The position numbers and the translations under genes are program-made. From an uncultured Nitrososphaerales archaeon (GTDB lineage Archaea; Thermoproteota; Nitrososphaeria; Nitrososphaerales; Nitrososphaeraceae), in contig CAVPXM010000095.1 in assembly GCA_963709405.1 (NCBI GenBank), positions 1-23,390 on the forward strand: 23,390 bases of DNA. The letters are read 5' to 3'. The notes under the pieces were generated by a model that was not told the DNA's origin, did no database searches, and saw only the letters and a program-made list of their open reading frames with translations. The stretch's first letter is position 1. Every line of letters starts with the position of its first letter. Shown one piece after another: positions 1 to 9,586 of this stretch.

Positions 1-1873
1 CTTGATGTAGTCTGCCCTTTTACTTAAGGATGTGACATCTGTAGTTTCTTAGCTCTTGATCAGATACAATGATGGCATTGTCATCTTTTGTCGTTAACTT
101 ATCATCGATTATTCCGATCTCTCTTGCGACAGGCTATAACTTGTAAGTTTATGGTCTCCGGTTATCATAACGACATCTATCCCTGCGCATTTGCATTGCG
201 CAATTGAATCTATGACTTCCTTCCTTGGTGGGTCCGTCATCCCCACAAGGCCTAGGAACAAAAGATTCTTTTCTACATCTTCTTGTGATAAATGATTCTC
301 TTTCAGCTCTTTGTACGCTAGTGCTAACACTCGTAATCCTCTTGTAGCCATATCATCATTTAGCGACAATTTCTTCTAATATCGTCAGACAAGGACAAAG
401 ATTTGTTATCGACAACAATCCCGGAGCAACGACTTAGGACGAACTTCACAAGCGCCTTTGATATAAGCTCCATGCTTTCTACTATTACTGCTACTATTAC
501 TATTATTATTGTATGAACTTCTATGGATTGTTGTCATCATCTTTCTTTCGGGACTGAATGGTATTTCTTGTACCCTCGGATATTCGGAATTTGTTTTGTC
601 CTTTGTTATGCCACCAATCTTGTAGGCAAAAATTAACAATGCAATCTCAGTCGGGTCTCCTGTTAGGTCAGCCTTATCTTCTTTGAACACTATGTTAGCA
701 TCATTACATAAAACCGCTGTCTTGGCAAGTAGCATTAAATCGTTGTTATCAATATTTGAATCAACAACCCCACCTTCTAAACCATATCCTGCACCAGTTA
801 CCTGAGCAGATTTGTCATACACATAGAGATTCCTTACTGTCATCTCCCCCTTCGTTAAGGTTCCCGTTTTGTCACTACAAATTATAGTCGTCGAACCAAG
901 AACTTCCACAGCCTGAAGCCGCCTCACTACTGCGTTTCGTTTAGCCATTTTATATGTTCCAACTGTCAGAGATGCTGTTATAACTGCAGGTAACGCTTCT
1001 GGAACAGCTTCTACTGCTAAGCTTATTCCCCAAACAAGCATGTCTAATAGTTGGAGACCACGAATAAATGCAAAGATACTAACAATTCCAACTACGAGTA
1101 ACATTATTACACTCAGCAGTTTCGTGGTATGTCTAATCTTTAGTTCAAAAGGAGTCTTTCGTACATCAATTGTTTGTATTTCAGTTGCAACCTTTCCTAG
1201 TTCTGTATCCATGGCAGTTGCAAAAACTACTGCTTTTCCTCGACCATAGGTTATAGTGGTAGTAGTGTAAATGATGTTTTTTCTGCCAACAATCGGCGTA
1301 TCTTTAGATATCACTGCTGCAGTTTTTCCTACTGGAAGTGATTCTCCAGTTAAAGGTGCCTCGTTTACCTCCAAGTTGTGACTCTCAATTAAGTATGCGT
1401 CCCCAGGAACTTTGTCCCCTACAGAAAGCAGAATTATGTCACCGGGGACAAGTCTTGTCACATCAATTATGCTTTCCTCATTATTTCGAATAACCCGGCA
1501 TGTTGTGGCTGTCATCTTCTTTAACGCTTCAACCGTCTTTTCTGACCTGTATTCCTGGATAAAGGCTACAGTGGCCGCAAGTATTACTATTGCGATGATA
1601 ATAGCTGAATCAATCAGTTCACCCACAATCGCAGAGATCGCAGTCGCAAATAGGAGTATTATTATAAGAGGATCGGTGAACTGTTTTGCGAATGTGGTCT
1701 GCTCTCGAGATCCCTCTTTCTGCTTCGATTTCATTAAATCCGTAGACTGTAAGTCTCTCGTTAGCTTCTCTCCGAGTCAGTCCTCTGATACTAGTCCTTA
1801 AATCTTGCATAACTTGATCACGATTTATAGAATGCCAGTCGGGTTTTGTTGATTTTGTCGATTCCTTTACCAT
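1..1873 (-). pseudogene. Type IIA-like (Ca2+-transporting) P-type ATPase, frameshifted; runs off the window start
   Basis: Pieces 1619-1873 (cation_ATPase_N: GLTRREANERLTVYGFNEI), 406-1734 (TGES, PEALP, DKTGTLT phosphorylation site, KGA) and 109-369 (GLRVLALAYK, DPPR, MITGD) are collinear. Frameshifts lie near ~1700, ~430-375 and ~135. Confidence 0.93.
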
Positions 1874-2025
1874 CTATTGAAATACTTCCAAACTAATGTG
1901 TATCGGTGCAATAAGTTTATGCTTTCTAATATCAGGATTCATCAATTAATTCTTTCTTATAGAATTTCAATCGTCCTGATATTGTCATTTTGAGGTATTT
2001 GCGGTAACTACCGTTCAAGATAATT

Positions 2026-2365
2026 TTACAACCCTCCGGTTATTGTTCCATAAACTAACCCTGCAATGACACTTCCAATCCATGCTATAGCCGCGTATGT
2101 TAGAACAACTTTCCATCGGACAATTCTTGATACCGCTACGGCGTAAACAACATCATATGGTTGTCCCATAAGCCATGATAAGAGTGGACCTTTGGTCATT
2201 CCCAGAGCGACTAATCCTTTACTGAGAACAATTTCTACCACTGTAGGTGTATATAGAGGTCCGTAAATCACAGATGCCATTAAGACCCCTATGCCCCCAG
2301 CGACATAATCGGACACTATGTCCTGTGGAAAGTAAGCTTGGACGTAACTAACTGTAACAATCCCT
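2026..2365 (-). pseudogene. Permease (DUF318/ArsP-like) C-terminal fragment
   Basis: The frame reads SYVQAYFPQDIVSDYVAGGIGVLMASVIYGPLYTPTVVEIVLSKGLVALGMTKGPLLSWLM, resembling the C-terminal half of two-domain permeases. The N-terminal half is absent. Confidence 0.7.
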
Positions 2366-2910
2366 CATCACGCCAAGAAGTTTGGGGACTTCCATGGCGT
2401 TCTAATGTAACTCAGGGATTCAAGGTCTCGCGCACTACATAGAGGAACGTCCATTATATTTTGGTGGATGATCTCCGCAGTTGCTAGATGATATTCTGCA
2501 TGTTAGCGATGCAAAATATTTCTTGTCCTTGAAAAAGATATGTATCTTTCAAATTCATTTATCTTGTCGATACGAATGTGTGTTTTTAATGTCTGCCCTA
2601 CTTTAAACTCTTAATTTCAAATCGGATTTACAAAATTATTGAATCATATCTAATATATTTTAACGGTCACATTGCGATCGCTATTATTTGCTATTATACC
2701 ACACGAATTTTTTACTGACCAATTTAGCCGATGTGCTTTCGTATTGTTATCATACGTACTCAATTGACAATAGAATGTTTCTACAGGTTTTTGATGTTCA
2801 CATCACACGATTGTACTTACAAATGTATGATACATCCAATATTTTGGATATTAAATATTTAGGATACAGATTATTAGAAATACAGTACTTTACAATTGTT
2901 AAATATTATA

Positions 2911-2932
2911 TCCAACAGCCTTATATCTTTCA
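2911..2932 (+). promoter_or_regulatory. Promoter (BRE/TATA) of microprotein copy 1
   Basis: TCCAACAGCCTTATATCTTTCA is nearly identical to 4921-4942. Both begin 39 nt upstream of the start codon. Confidence 0.7.
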
Positions 2933-2949
2933 ATGATCTTAGACCATAG

Positions 2950-3103
2950 GTGTTAGAAAATATAGCATATTTTGGCCTCGGCTTTGCAACTGTCTTCCTT
3001 GCACTTGAAGTCAGCCTGGCACTTTACGGCCTGCAAAATACATGACAAATCAATAAAGCCCTGTATGTACAAGCAGGTAAAGTTAGTTTTAGTGAGAGCA
3101 TAG
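2950..3103 (+). pseudogene. Membrane His/Cys microprotein, copy 1 (one extra base near 3010)
   Basis: GTG start; reads MLENIAYFGLGFATVFLALE/SAWHFTACKIHDKSIKPCMYKQVKLVLVRA*. It is a clear paralog of 4960-5103. Confidence 0.85.
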
Positions 3104-3125
3104 CAGATAAGGAAATCCGAAATGG

Positions 3126-4370
3126 ATGTGGGATAGGCCACTGCCTGCTAAGCCTAGAAACAAAGAGATCCATAGAGATACAGATTCCGAATTCCTTGAA
3201 GTTATTTATGATGCTCAAAAAGCAACGGATATTTATATCGACCTTGCACGATCAATAGATAACGAAGCTCTATTACTTTTTGCAAATAGTAAGGCTATGG
3301 TGAGGGCAGATAGACTAGGAGTTGTAGATTATTTAGTTAAAACATCCAAGAAAGGAGCATCAATAAAGATTATCTGCCCAATAACTGAGGAGAATTGCGA
3401 GATCATAAAACAAATTTCTGAGAAGGCACCCAGTATCAGAATTCTTAATGGGGGGAAATCTCAGTCTGGTCTGTTCATAGTTAATAATGCCAAGTTTATT
3501 AGATTCGAGATAAAAGAAATGCTAGCTGAAGATTTTACTGATGCAGTTGGATTTGTAGTATATTCAAACACAAAAGTCAGCGTATACTCATCTAGGTCAT
3601 TTTTTGAACTACTTTGGAACGAGCGTCTGCAATATGAAAAACTAAAAGAAGCAGATGAAATGAAAAGTGAATTTATCAATATAGTTGCTCATGAATTACG
3701 AACACCGATACAGCCCATCCTGGGACTGACTGAAATTATACATTCTGAGACAACAGATCCTAAACAACTTGATTATTTGGAAGTTGTTATAAGGAATGCA
3801 AGAAGATTACAGCGACTAACGGACAACATACTGGATGTTAGCAAGATTGAAAGCGGGTCATTAGATCCTAAGCAAGAACATTTCAATTTAAAGGATGTAA
3901 TAACAAATGCTTTAAATGATACGATAATACTAAGAAATAATTCATCCATTAACACTAATGAGAAAACAAGTGTAAGATTATACTATCAGCCGCAAGATGG
4001 TTTTGTAGAAGGAGACAAAGGAAGGATAAGTCAAGTCGTTTACAATCTAGTAAATAATGCCTTTAAATTCAGTAAGGAGGGAAGTATTATTACCGTTAAT
4101 TCAAAATTAGAAGACAACAAGATTATTGTCAGTGTAAAAGATACTGGTCAAGGCATAGACCCTAAACTACTCCCCAAACTATTTTCAAAGTTTGAAGCAA
4201 AATCCTTTTCAGGAACTGGATTAGAATTGTATATCTCCAAGAATATCATAGAAGCACATGGTGGCAGGATATGGGCTGAAAATAATAATAATATTAACGG
4301 AGAAAGAGGAGCTACCTTTCACTTTAGTTTACCACTACTCAACGTCCAACAAAACCAACTTGTTTGTTAA
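3126..4370 (+). CDS. Sensor histidine kinase (HisKA + HATPase_c), probably 5'-truncated
   Basis: Contains the H-box AHELRTPIQPI, N-box NLVNNAFKF, G1 DTGQGI and an altered G2 GTGLEL. The N-terminus looks like it starts mid-domain. Confidence 0.93.
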   Translation: MWDRPLPAKPRNKEIHRDTDSEFLEVIYDAQKATDIYIDLARSIDNEALLLFANSKAMVRADRLGVVDYLVKTSKKGASIKIICPITEENCEIIKQISEKAPSIRILNGGKSQSGLFIVNNAKFIRFEIKEMLAEDFTDAVGFVVYSNTKVSVYSSRSFFELLWNERLQYEKLKEADEMKSEFINIVAHELRTPIQPILGLTEIIHSETTDPKQLDYLEVVIRNARRLQRLTDNILDVSKIESGSLDPKQEHFNLKDVITNALNDTIILRNNSSINTNEKTSVRLYYQPQDGFVEGDKGRISQVVYNLVNNAFKFSKEGSIITVNSKLEDNKIIVSVKDTGQGIDPKLLPKLFSKFEAKSFSGTGLELYISKNIIEAHGGRIWAENNNNINGERGATFHFSLPLLNVQQNQLVC

Positions 4371-4920
4371 CGGATGACAGAAACAAAGAAAGACGATGAA
4401 AAGGAAACAATTTGTTTTATTATTAATATGTAAATAAACTATAATGCCTTTTACATTAGCATATGTCAGTTTCTATATACTGAAGACAAGCGGATGCGGT
4501 GGGCTTCAAATAGTAGAGGAATGGTAAATCAAGTAAGCATATGCAGTTTGACTGAAGCGATCCTTAACTATGACTACTCCACTTCTCTATTGTAGTCATC
4601 CATTCCCGTTACTTCAACTCTGTGCAGATCAGCTTACGCTTCCAAGACACCCGATATCCTCAAAAGGAAAACGCTTCCGTACGACTTTACCATCTTTACG
4701 TAATACTCTATATCATATATCAACCAATTGTGGCGCCTCTGGCTATCCCCAAATACGTACTTGACGAATTTGTCATATCGTTTTCATAGTCTAGAAGCCA
4801 TTCTTGATTAAGACAATCTTGACCCATTTTACAAATAGATGGTAATCCTAGCATTTTGTAAATTATATTTATCAAATATTAATTATAAAGAAATGTAATT
4901 GTTATTTGTTCAGTATTTTC

Positions 4921-4942
4921 CCCAACAGCTTTATACCTTTCA
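4921..4942 (+). promoter_or_regulatory. Promoter (BRE/TATA) of microprotein copy 2
   Basis: CCCAACAGCTTTATACCTTTCA; TTTATA at 4930-4935 is 25-30 nt before ATG 4960, consistent with a leaderless transcript. Confidence 0.7.
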
Positions 4943-4959
4943 GATATATTAGAGTAAAT

Positions 4960-5103
4960 ATGTTGGAAAATATAGCATACATAGGTCTTGGATTTGCAGC
5001 AGCATTCTTTGCGTTGGAATCAGCATGGCACTTTACGGCCTGCAAGATACATGACAAATCAATGAAGCCTTGTTTCTACAAGCAAGTTGGCTTATTGAAG
5101 TAG
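4960..5103 (+). CDS. 47-aa single-TM microprotein with H-x3-C-x2-H-x6-C tail
   Basis: MLENIAYIGLGFAAAFFALESAWHFTACKIHDKSMKPCFYKQVGLLK. Supported by the TATA position and by a paralog with many synonymous differences at 2950. Confidence 0.85.
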   Translation: MLENIAYIGLGFAAAFFALESAWHFTACKIHDKSMKPCFYKQVGLLK

Positions 5104-5121
5104 AAGGAGGTTCCGACAATA

Positions 5122-5268
5122 ATGGCAAGTATTGAAAGTAGTAGGAAAATTACAAGAAGGACAAGATTACTGAAAATGAAAACAAGCCGATCATCATCTA
5201 AAGCTATTGAAGTGGAAAGAATCATCATGCATGATGGGTTTAGTTATTTTTCGAGAGATAATAACTAA
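5122..5268 (+). CDS. 48-aa basic hypothetical microprotein
   Basis: AGGAGG SD directly after the upstream stop. Reads MASIESSRKITRRTRLLKMKTSRSSSKAIEVERIIMHDGFSYFSRDNN*. Confidence 0.55.
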   Translation: MASIESSRKITRRTRLLKMKTSRSSSKAIEVERIIMHDGFSYFSRDNN

Positions 5269-5502
5269 TAATTACTGGGTAGAACATTTGAACGCATGAA
5301 TATTGTTCAGATGCCAATGAATTAGGCCTCTCGTAGTCATAAAGACAAGGTTTTGCCAGTTTGGGATAAGGTGTTCTTGTCGTATTTGCTATCGATAATT
5401 ACAACCTAGCTGACAACTAAATTGAATATAATGATGAGGGGAAACTCCTCGGATGGATAACCGTTAACTGTTAGCGACTAACCCACTTTATAGTTTGAGC
5501 AG

Positions 5503-5880
5503 CAAGACCTCGTCATTTCAAACTACTTAGGCAAGGCATTGATAAGTAAGTAGCTAAACTCCTCATGTCTCAGCAGCGATTAAATCAAGCAATGATACAG
5601 CTAAGGTATCCTTTAAAAGGTGACAGTATACGTTACATCTATACAAACTCGCAACACAATAATCCTCCTTGTAGAGTTGTTCCCATAGAGAATACACACA
5701 TAAAGGGTTTCTACTGCTACCGTATGATAATGAAAAATATAAAGAACTGATACTCGATGGCATAGAAACAGGTACTAGGATTGTTTGGCTTTGAACTGTT
5801 TACACTAATTCTAAGAACGGCAGAAAATAGTACAAGGAATTAAGAGAAGAACGAACAAGAGACATACAAACTGATTCATA
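5503..5880 (+). pseudogene. Family B DNA polymerase C-terminal (thumb) remnant
   Basis: Across frameshifts and stops: QDLVISKLLRQGIDK..PHVSAA..YPLKGDSIRYIYTNSQHNNPPCRVVP..YDNEKYKELILDGIET.VLGLFGF..KELREERTRDIQT. DLVISK...PHV is the PolB thumb signature. Confidence 0.75.
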
Positions 5881-6014
5881 ACATGATCAAATACATACTT
5901 GATATTCTCTGATAGAGCAATAAACTGTATTGCTACTACGTATAATTGATTTATTTGCAAGAGTATCAAGAAAATATAATAATCTAGATTGCTAATTTTT
6001 CATAACACAGTGAT

Positions 6015-6244
6015 CCGCAAAGTCTATAACCCGAAACCGAAGATGGAAAGTTCCCTGAAGACTGGCAACACATATTTGATCCATTGGAAACATTTACTTT
6101 TGTAGCCGCTATCACTCATAAAATTGCATTAAGAACTTCTATAATCGACATGCTCTTTCGTAATCCAGTCATACTGGCAAGGGATTTGCAACATTCGATG
6201 TCTTATCTAAAGGAAGAGATAAAGCTGGATTTGGAATAGATTAG
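6015..6244 (+). pseudogene. LLM-class (F420-dependent) oxidoreductase internal fragment
   Basis: FDPLETFTFVAAITHKIALRTSIIDMLFRNPVILAR/FATFDVLSKGRDKAGFGID* matches the luciferase-like monooxygenase N-terminal motifs. Confidence 0.8.
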
Positions 6245-6471
6245 TTTGTCAAACCTCGCATCTGTTGGTTATTGTTCTCTACAATTCTGGAAGTGAATAA
6301 TTAGAAAGTTATGAGGTGATTTCGTTTACTGTTTTATATCGTATATATATACCATATCCTTCATATTATAAAATGAACTTTTGTCTTATATATATGGAAG
6401 AAAATGCCAAATTTGGATCTGTAAAGTCAATGAAAAATCTATAGACATATGTCTCGGATATAGTTTATGAT

Positions 6472-7061
6472 ATGTCAAATAAGAAAGAGAACAGAACCAG
6501 AGGATATAGCATATTCTCTGTATCCTTCTTTATTTCCTTGGTCTTTCACTAAGAAATACATCCAAAGCTGTGTCCAGATTTGTTAAAAGGAGCCATAGTG
6601 CAATAAGAGACTGGATTCAAAAATAGAAACCCGAGATATTAGGTTCTAAAAAGTTACGTATTACCGAATTTGTAATTGATGAAAATTGACTCAGTATATC
6701 TGGTTATGGATAGCCATTGAAAACGATAACCGAGAAATCCTTCAAATAAGCGTATCCAAAGAAAGGGAGAAACATGTTTGTTGCGGAACGTTTTATATCA
6801 AATCTTGTGAAAAGATATGGAGAACATCCTGTTTCAACAGATGGACGTACATGGTATCCACCACAGGACTGTAAATTCTTAAGAATAAGACACCATCTTC
6901 ATTCTGCATTTGAGAAAAGCATAATCGAGAGAGAACGATACAATATATCAAAGATAGAACGGAAAGGGTCCATGATTAATTTCCTTGTAGAAAAAATAAA
7001 TGTAATGGTTGAATCTGTTTGTTTGTCGTCAAAACAAGGAGTCGATATCTCAACTTTATAG
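6472..7061 (+). mobile_element. IS6-family DDE transposase, degraded
   Basis: RTEPEDIAYSLY..LGLSLRNTSKAVSRFVKRSHSAIRDWIQK*, FVIDE, YIWLWIAIE, VSTDG.TWYP and EKSIIER, with several frameshifts and a stop. Confidence 0.88.
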
Positions 7062-7185
7062 AGTCCACTTAGAATATCATTGCTTTAGAGGAGCAATAAT
7101 AGCGACACCTAAAGGTATTCTTCATGTTAGTGTCTACACCTATTAAGTAGGATTCGTTATATAGCTTATCGGTCATAAAGATATA

Positions 7186-7409
7186 ATGAGTGAAGGTCTT
7201 CAACCGAACTAACAAATACCGCATATGACATACTAAAGGTTTTAGGAAAAGATGCAGATTTTCTATACGATACTATTGATAAGTATATCAAAGATGCACA
7301 GAACGCGAACAGACAGGACTTGGTAGAAATGTGGCAAATTATAAAAAAGGATAGGCTAAAACACATACATATGTTAAAGGAAGCGTTAGAAAAAGAGATC
7401 CATGGCTAA
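7186..7409 (+). pseudogene. Small helical ferritin-like/four-helix-bundle half protein, 1-nt frameshift near start
   Basis: TATA TTATATAG at 7157. Reads MSE/SSTELTNTAYDILKVLGKDADFLYDTIDKYIKDAQNANRQDLVEMWQIIKKDRLKHIHMLKEALEKEIHG*; the span is 224 nt, one short of in-frame. Confidence 0.65.
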
Positions 7410-7419
7410 CTATATCAAT

Positions 7420-7715
7420 TAGCAGATATTCTCTAATTAGAATAATGTATTTTTTCTCTTTGAGTTTAGCTGTATCCAGGTAAGTATAGCCTAATTTTCT
7501 GAAGTAAGCAGGTATAGGAGTGGTCCTGTCAGCTCTAAAGTCCAGGATGGCTAATTTTTGGTAATTCTTGCAATCGCTTCGCCTCACGTTCTATTTTAGA
7601 TAGGCTTATCATAAAGATATTTTTTCACCTTGTATAGATTTCCATATTTATCCTGCCGCAATTTTTTTGTGCGATAGTCACCACGAAAGCAATAACTTGT
7701 CGGTTGTAACTTTAA
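7420..7715 (-). pseudogene. Possible GNAT acetyltransferase remnant
   Basis: Across frames: RQVIAFVV..LSKIEREAKR..ILDFRADRTTPIPAYFRKLGY, resembling the GNAT C-terminal motif. Confidence 0.3.
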
Positions 7716-7798
7716 GTTATTTTCAATTTTGGCTTAATTACCTAAAGTAACGCTTCTCATTACACGGTCTTCTTGAGTTCAAATATGCTACTTGATGA

Positions 7799-7844
7799 AT
7801 TTGACGGCGTATTGACTCATTTGACGTGCTATTTGACGATGACC
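7799..7844 (+). repeat. ATTTGACG short direct repeats
   Basis: ATTTGACG at 7799, 7819 and 7831, plus ATTGAC at 7811 and ATGAC at 7839. Confidence 0.7.
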
Positions 7845-7885
7845 ACATAAACCGTCGTTGATACTTAAGTAGGTAGAATACGAAT

Positions 7886-8220
7886 ATGCCTGCAGCAATT
7901 CCAGAAGCTTATAAAATCACATGTTATCATACAATGGCTCCAGGGCCTTAGCCGAGATGCCATAGCACGCGGCTAGGTCGTGAGTAACATAATCAACGGG
8001 TGGACAAATGCTCTTGGTGTATGAAGCAGATGCGCTGAGGGATTTAGCAAAATTACTCAGAATCGCCGGTCTTTCTCCGGCTCAATGTGCGATGGGTTTT
8101 AGAACTACGAAAATATTAAGTGAGCAGAATATAGATGTACCTTATATCTGACATATACAAAAAATGCAAGAACCTTGGAGTCACGTCAAGTAAAATTGTC
8201 ACTTATATTGAAGACATCCT
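7886..8220 (+). pseudogene. N-terminal remnant of a Nitrososphaeraceae HTH/coiled-coil hypothetical family
   Basis: MPAAIPEAYK/SHVIIQWLQGLSRDAIAR..VSNIINGWTNALG..EADALRDLAKLLRIAGLSPAQCAMGFR. TATA-like ACTTAAGT at 7863. Confidence 0.65.
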
Positions 8221-9315
8221 GATAAGGAGATATTACTAAACACCACCATGCTCACGTATAGTCAAGCTAGACCCCGTATGTTAGCGGCATTAGGAGCACG
8301 GACTCCAGTTGATCTAATATCCTTGGATCAAATATGGCTTGGAGAGTTCGCTCAGAAGGACTCTTGACTGATTGGCCTTACCAATTATACGAAGAATTGG
8401 GGAAGAGAAAAAGACTGGTATCAAGCAAATTGGGATGGTGGTATATATGGTGGAAAGGTTTATGGAATATGGGCATGGACTGATATTCGAGGAATATGGT
8501 ACTGGAAAGATCTTACCGTAGAGTGAAGCTGGTGTTGATCCTAATTCCTTAAAGACTTGGGACGGATATATTGGAGGCGGCAAAAAAACTAGACACAGTT
8601 CTTCCAGACCTCAAGGAATAGAAGGAATTCATCTTACAGGTGCTAGTCATTCTCCTGATTTATGGTATCCATATCTGTGGATGGTTGGAGGTGAAATACT
8701 GAGATGAAGTTCTTGGACATCCAACAAAAGGTAGCTACTGGTTTCCTGCGTATAATCGTACTGAAGGTCTAAGAGCTATGAATTTTACTCAAGGAGCAGG
8801 TCGATGCTGGAATAAAACCACAGAAAAATCATTTTTGGGGATTAGAATTTCTTGATAGGAAGTTCGCCTGAAAAGCGAGCAGAATTTGAACAGAAGGTAG
8901 GATTCATACCTATGTTCCCGGTACCAACTACGTCCCATGTGACCTCCAGTTTAATGGGAGGCTGGGAATTAGCTGTTCCTCTCACGTCGATACACAAAGC
9001 GCTTGCGTGGGAGCTGCTTACAATAATGCTAAAACCCAAAATACTTGCTTCGTATTTGGTTCACACTCGAACCTTCCAACACAGATACCTATAGGAGAGG
9101 GTCAATATTCCGGACTCATAAACAATACAACACCTTATTACGATAAATTAATCGCTCTACTCAAAGCAGGACATAGTAGACCGAGTATACCAGAATATCC
9201 TCAAATAGCTGATAATATCCACCACGCACTTGACGAAGTTTACTATGGCATAAAAGAGCCGAAGCAAGCTCTGGATGAAACGGCTAATAAATCTGCAAAA
9301 GTATTGGGTTGGTGA
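8221..9315 (+). pseudogene. ABC-type sugar/solute-binding protein (family 1), multiply frameshifted, 5' end missing
   Basis: DLISLDQIWLGEF, LWYPYLWMVGGEI, VGFIPMFPVP..SSLMGGWELAVP and RPSIPEYPQIADNI..PKQALDETANKSAKVLGW*. Confidence 0.85.
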
Positions 9316-9328
9316 GATATATGTGAGA

Positions 9329-9586
9329 ATGTCAACTAGAAAATTTGTTTCGTTGTATTATGATCGAATGAATGGATTACGGAACGGATATATTCTACAA
9401 ATTATGGGCCTCTCCTTTGTCTTTAGAATTTGCAGTACTCTTACACTTTACCTAATCTTTTTGTTAGTAGCAAGTACTGTAATCATTCCCACAATCGTTG
9501 CTCAACCAAGTTTTGCGCAGTTAGGCAGCTCCAAAGGAAAAGATTATCCTAACAGCTATGTTCGTAGAATTACATACAAATCGTGA
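9329..9586 (+). pseudogene. N-terminal fragment of an exported/membrane protein
   Basis: A hydrophobic stretch ends in PSFAQ (signal-peptidase-like). The ORF stops at the junction with the truncated MFS 3' end. Confidence 0.4.

Noticed and set aside
1040-1801. + strand ORFs 1040-1249 and 1412-1801, and similar shadows at 3461-3955, 9968-10375, 11422-11697, 12598-12783, 15358-15938, 19643-20151 and 20947-21153
   Set aside because: They are antisense shadows of recognisable genes and have no motifs of their own.
2400-2936. ORF 2688-2936 and possible tRNA/ncRNA
   Set aside because: The ORF has very AT-rich, non-coding-like composition and overlaps a promoter. No cloverleaf or T-loop signature was found.
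4570-4830. Hairpin ATGACTAC..GTAGTCAT and a - strand RVLRKDG methyltransferase-like remnant
   Set aside because: A single 8-bp stem and a 7-residue motif are too weak to support a call.
5503-5880. Casposon assignment from the PolB fragments
   Set aside because: There is no cas1 or terminal inverted repeat, and the thumb resembles RNA-primed rather than protein-primed PolB.
7791-7850. Possible CRISPR mini-array
   Set aside because: The repeats are only 8 bp with tiny spacers and there are no cas genes. No CRISPR array was seen anywhere in the window.
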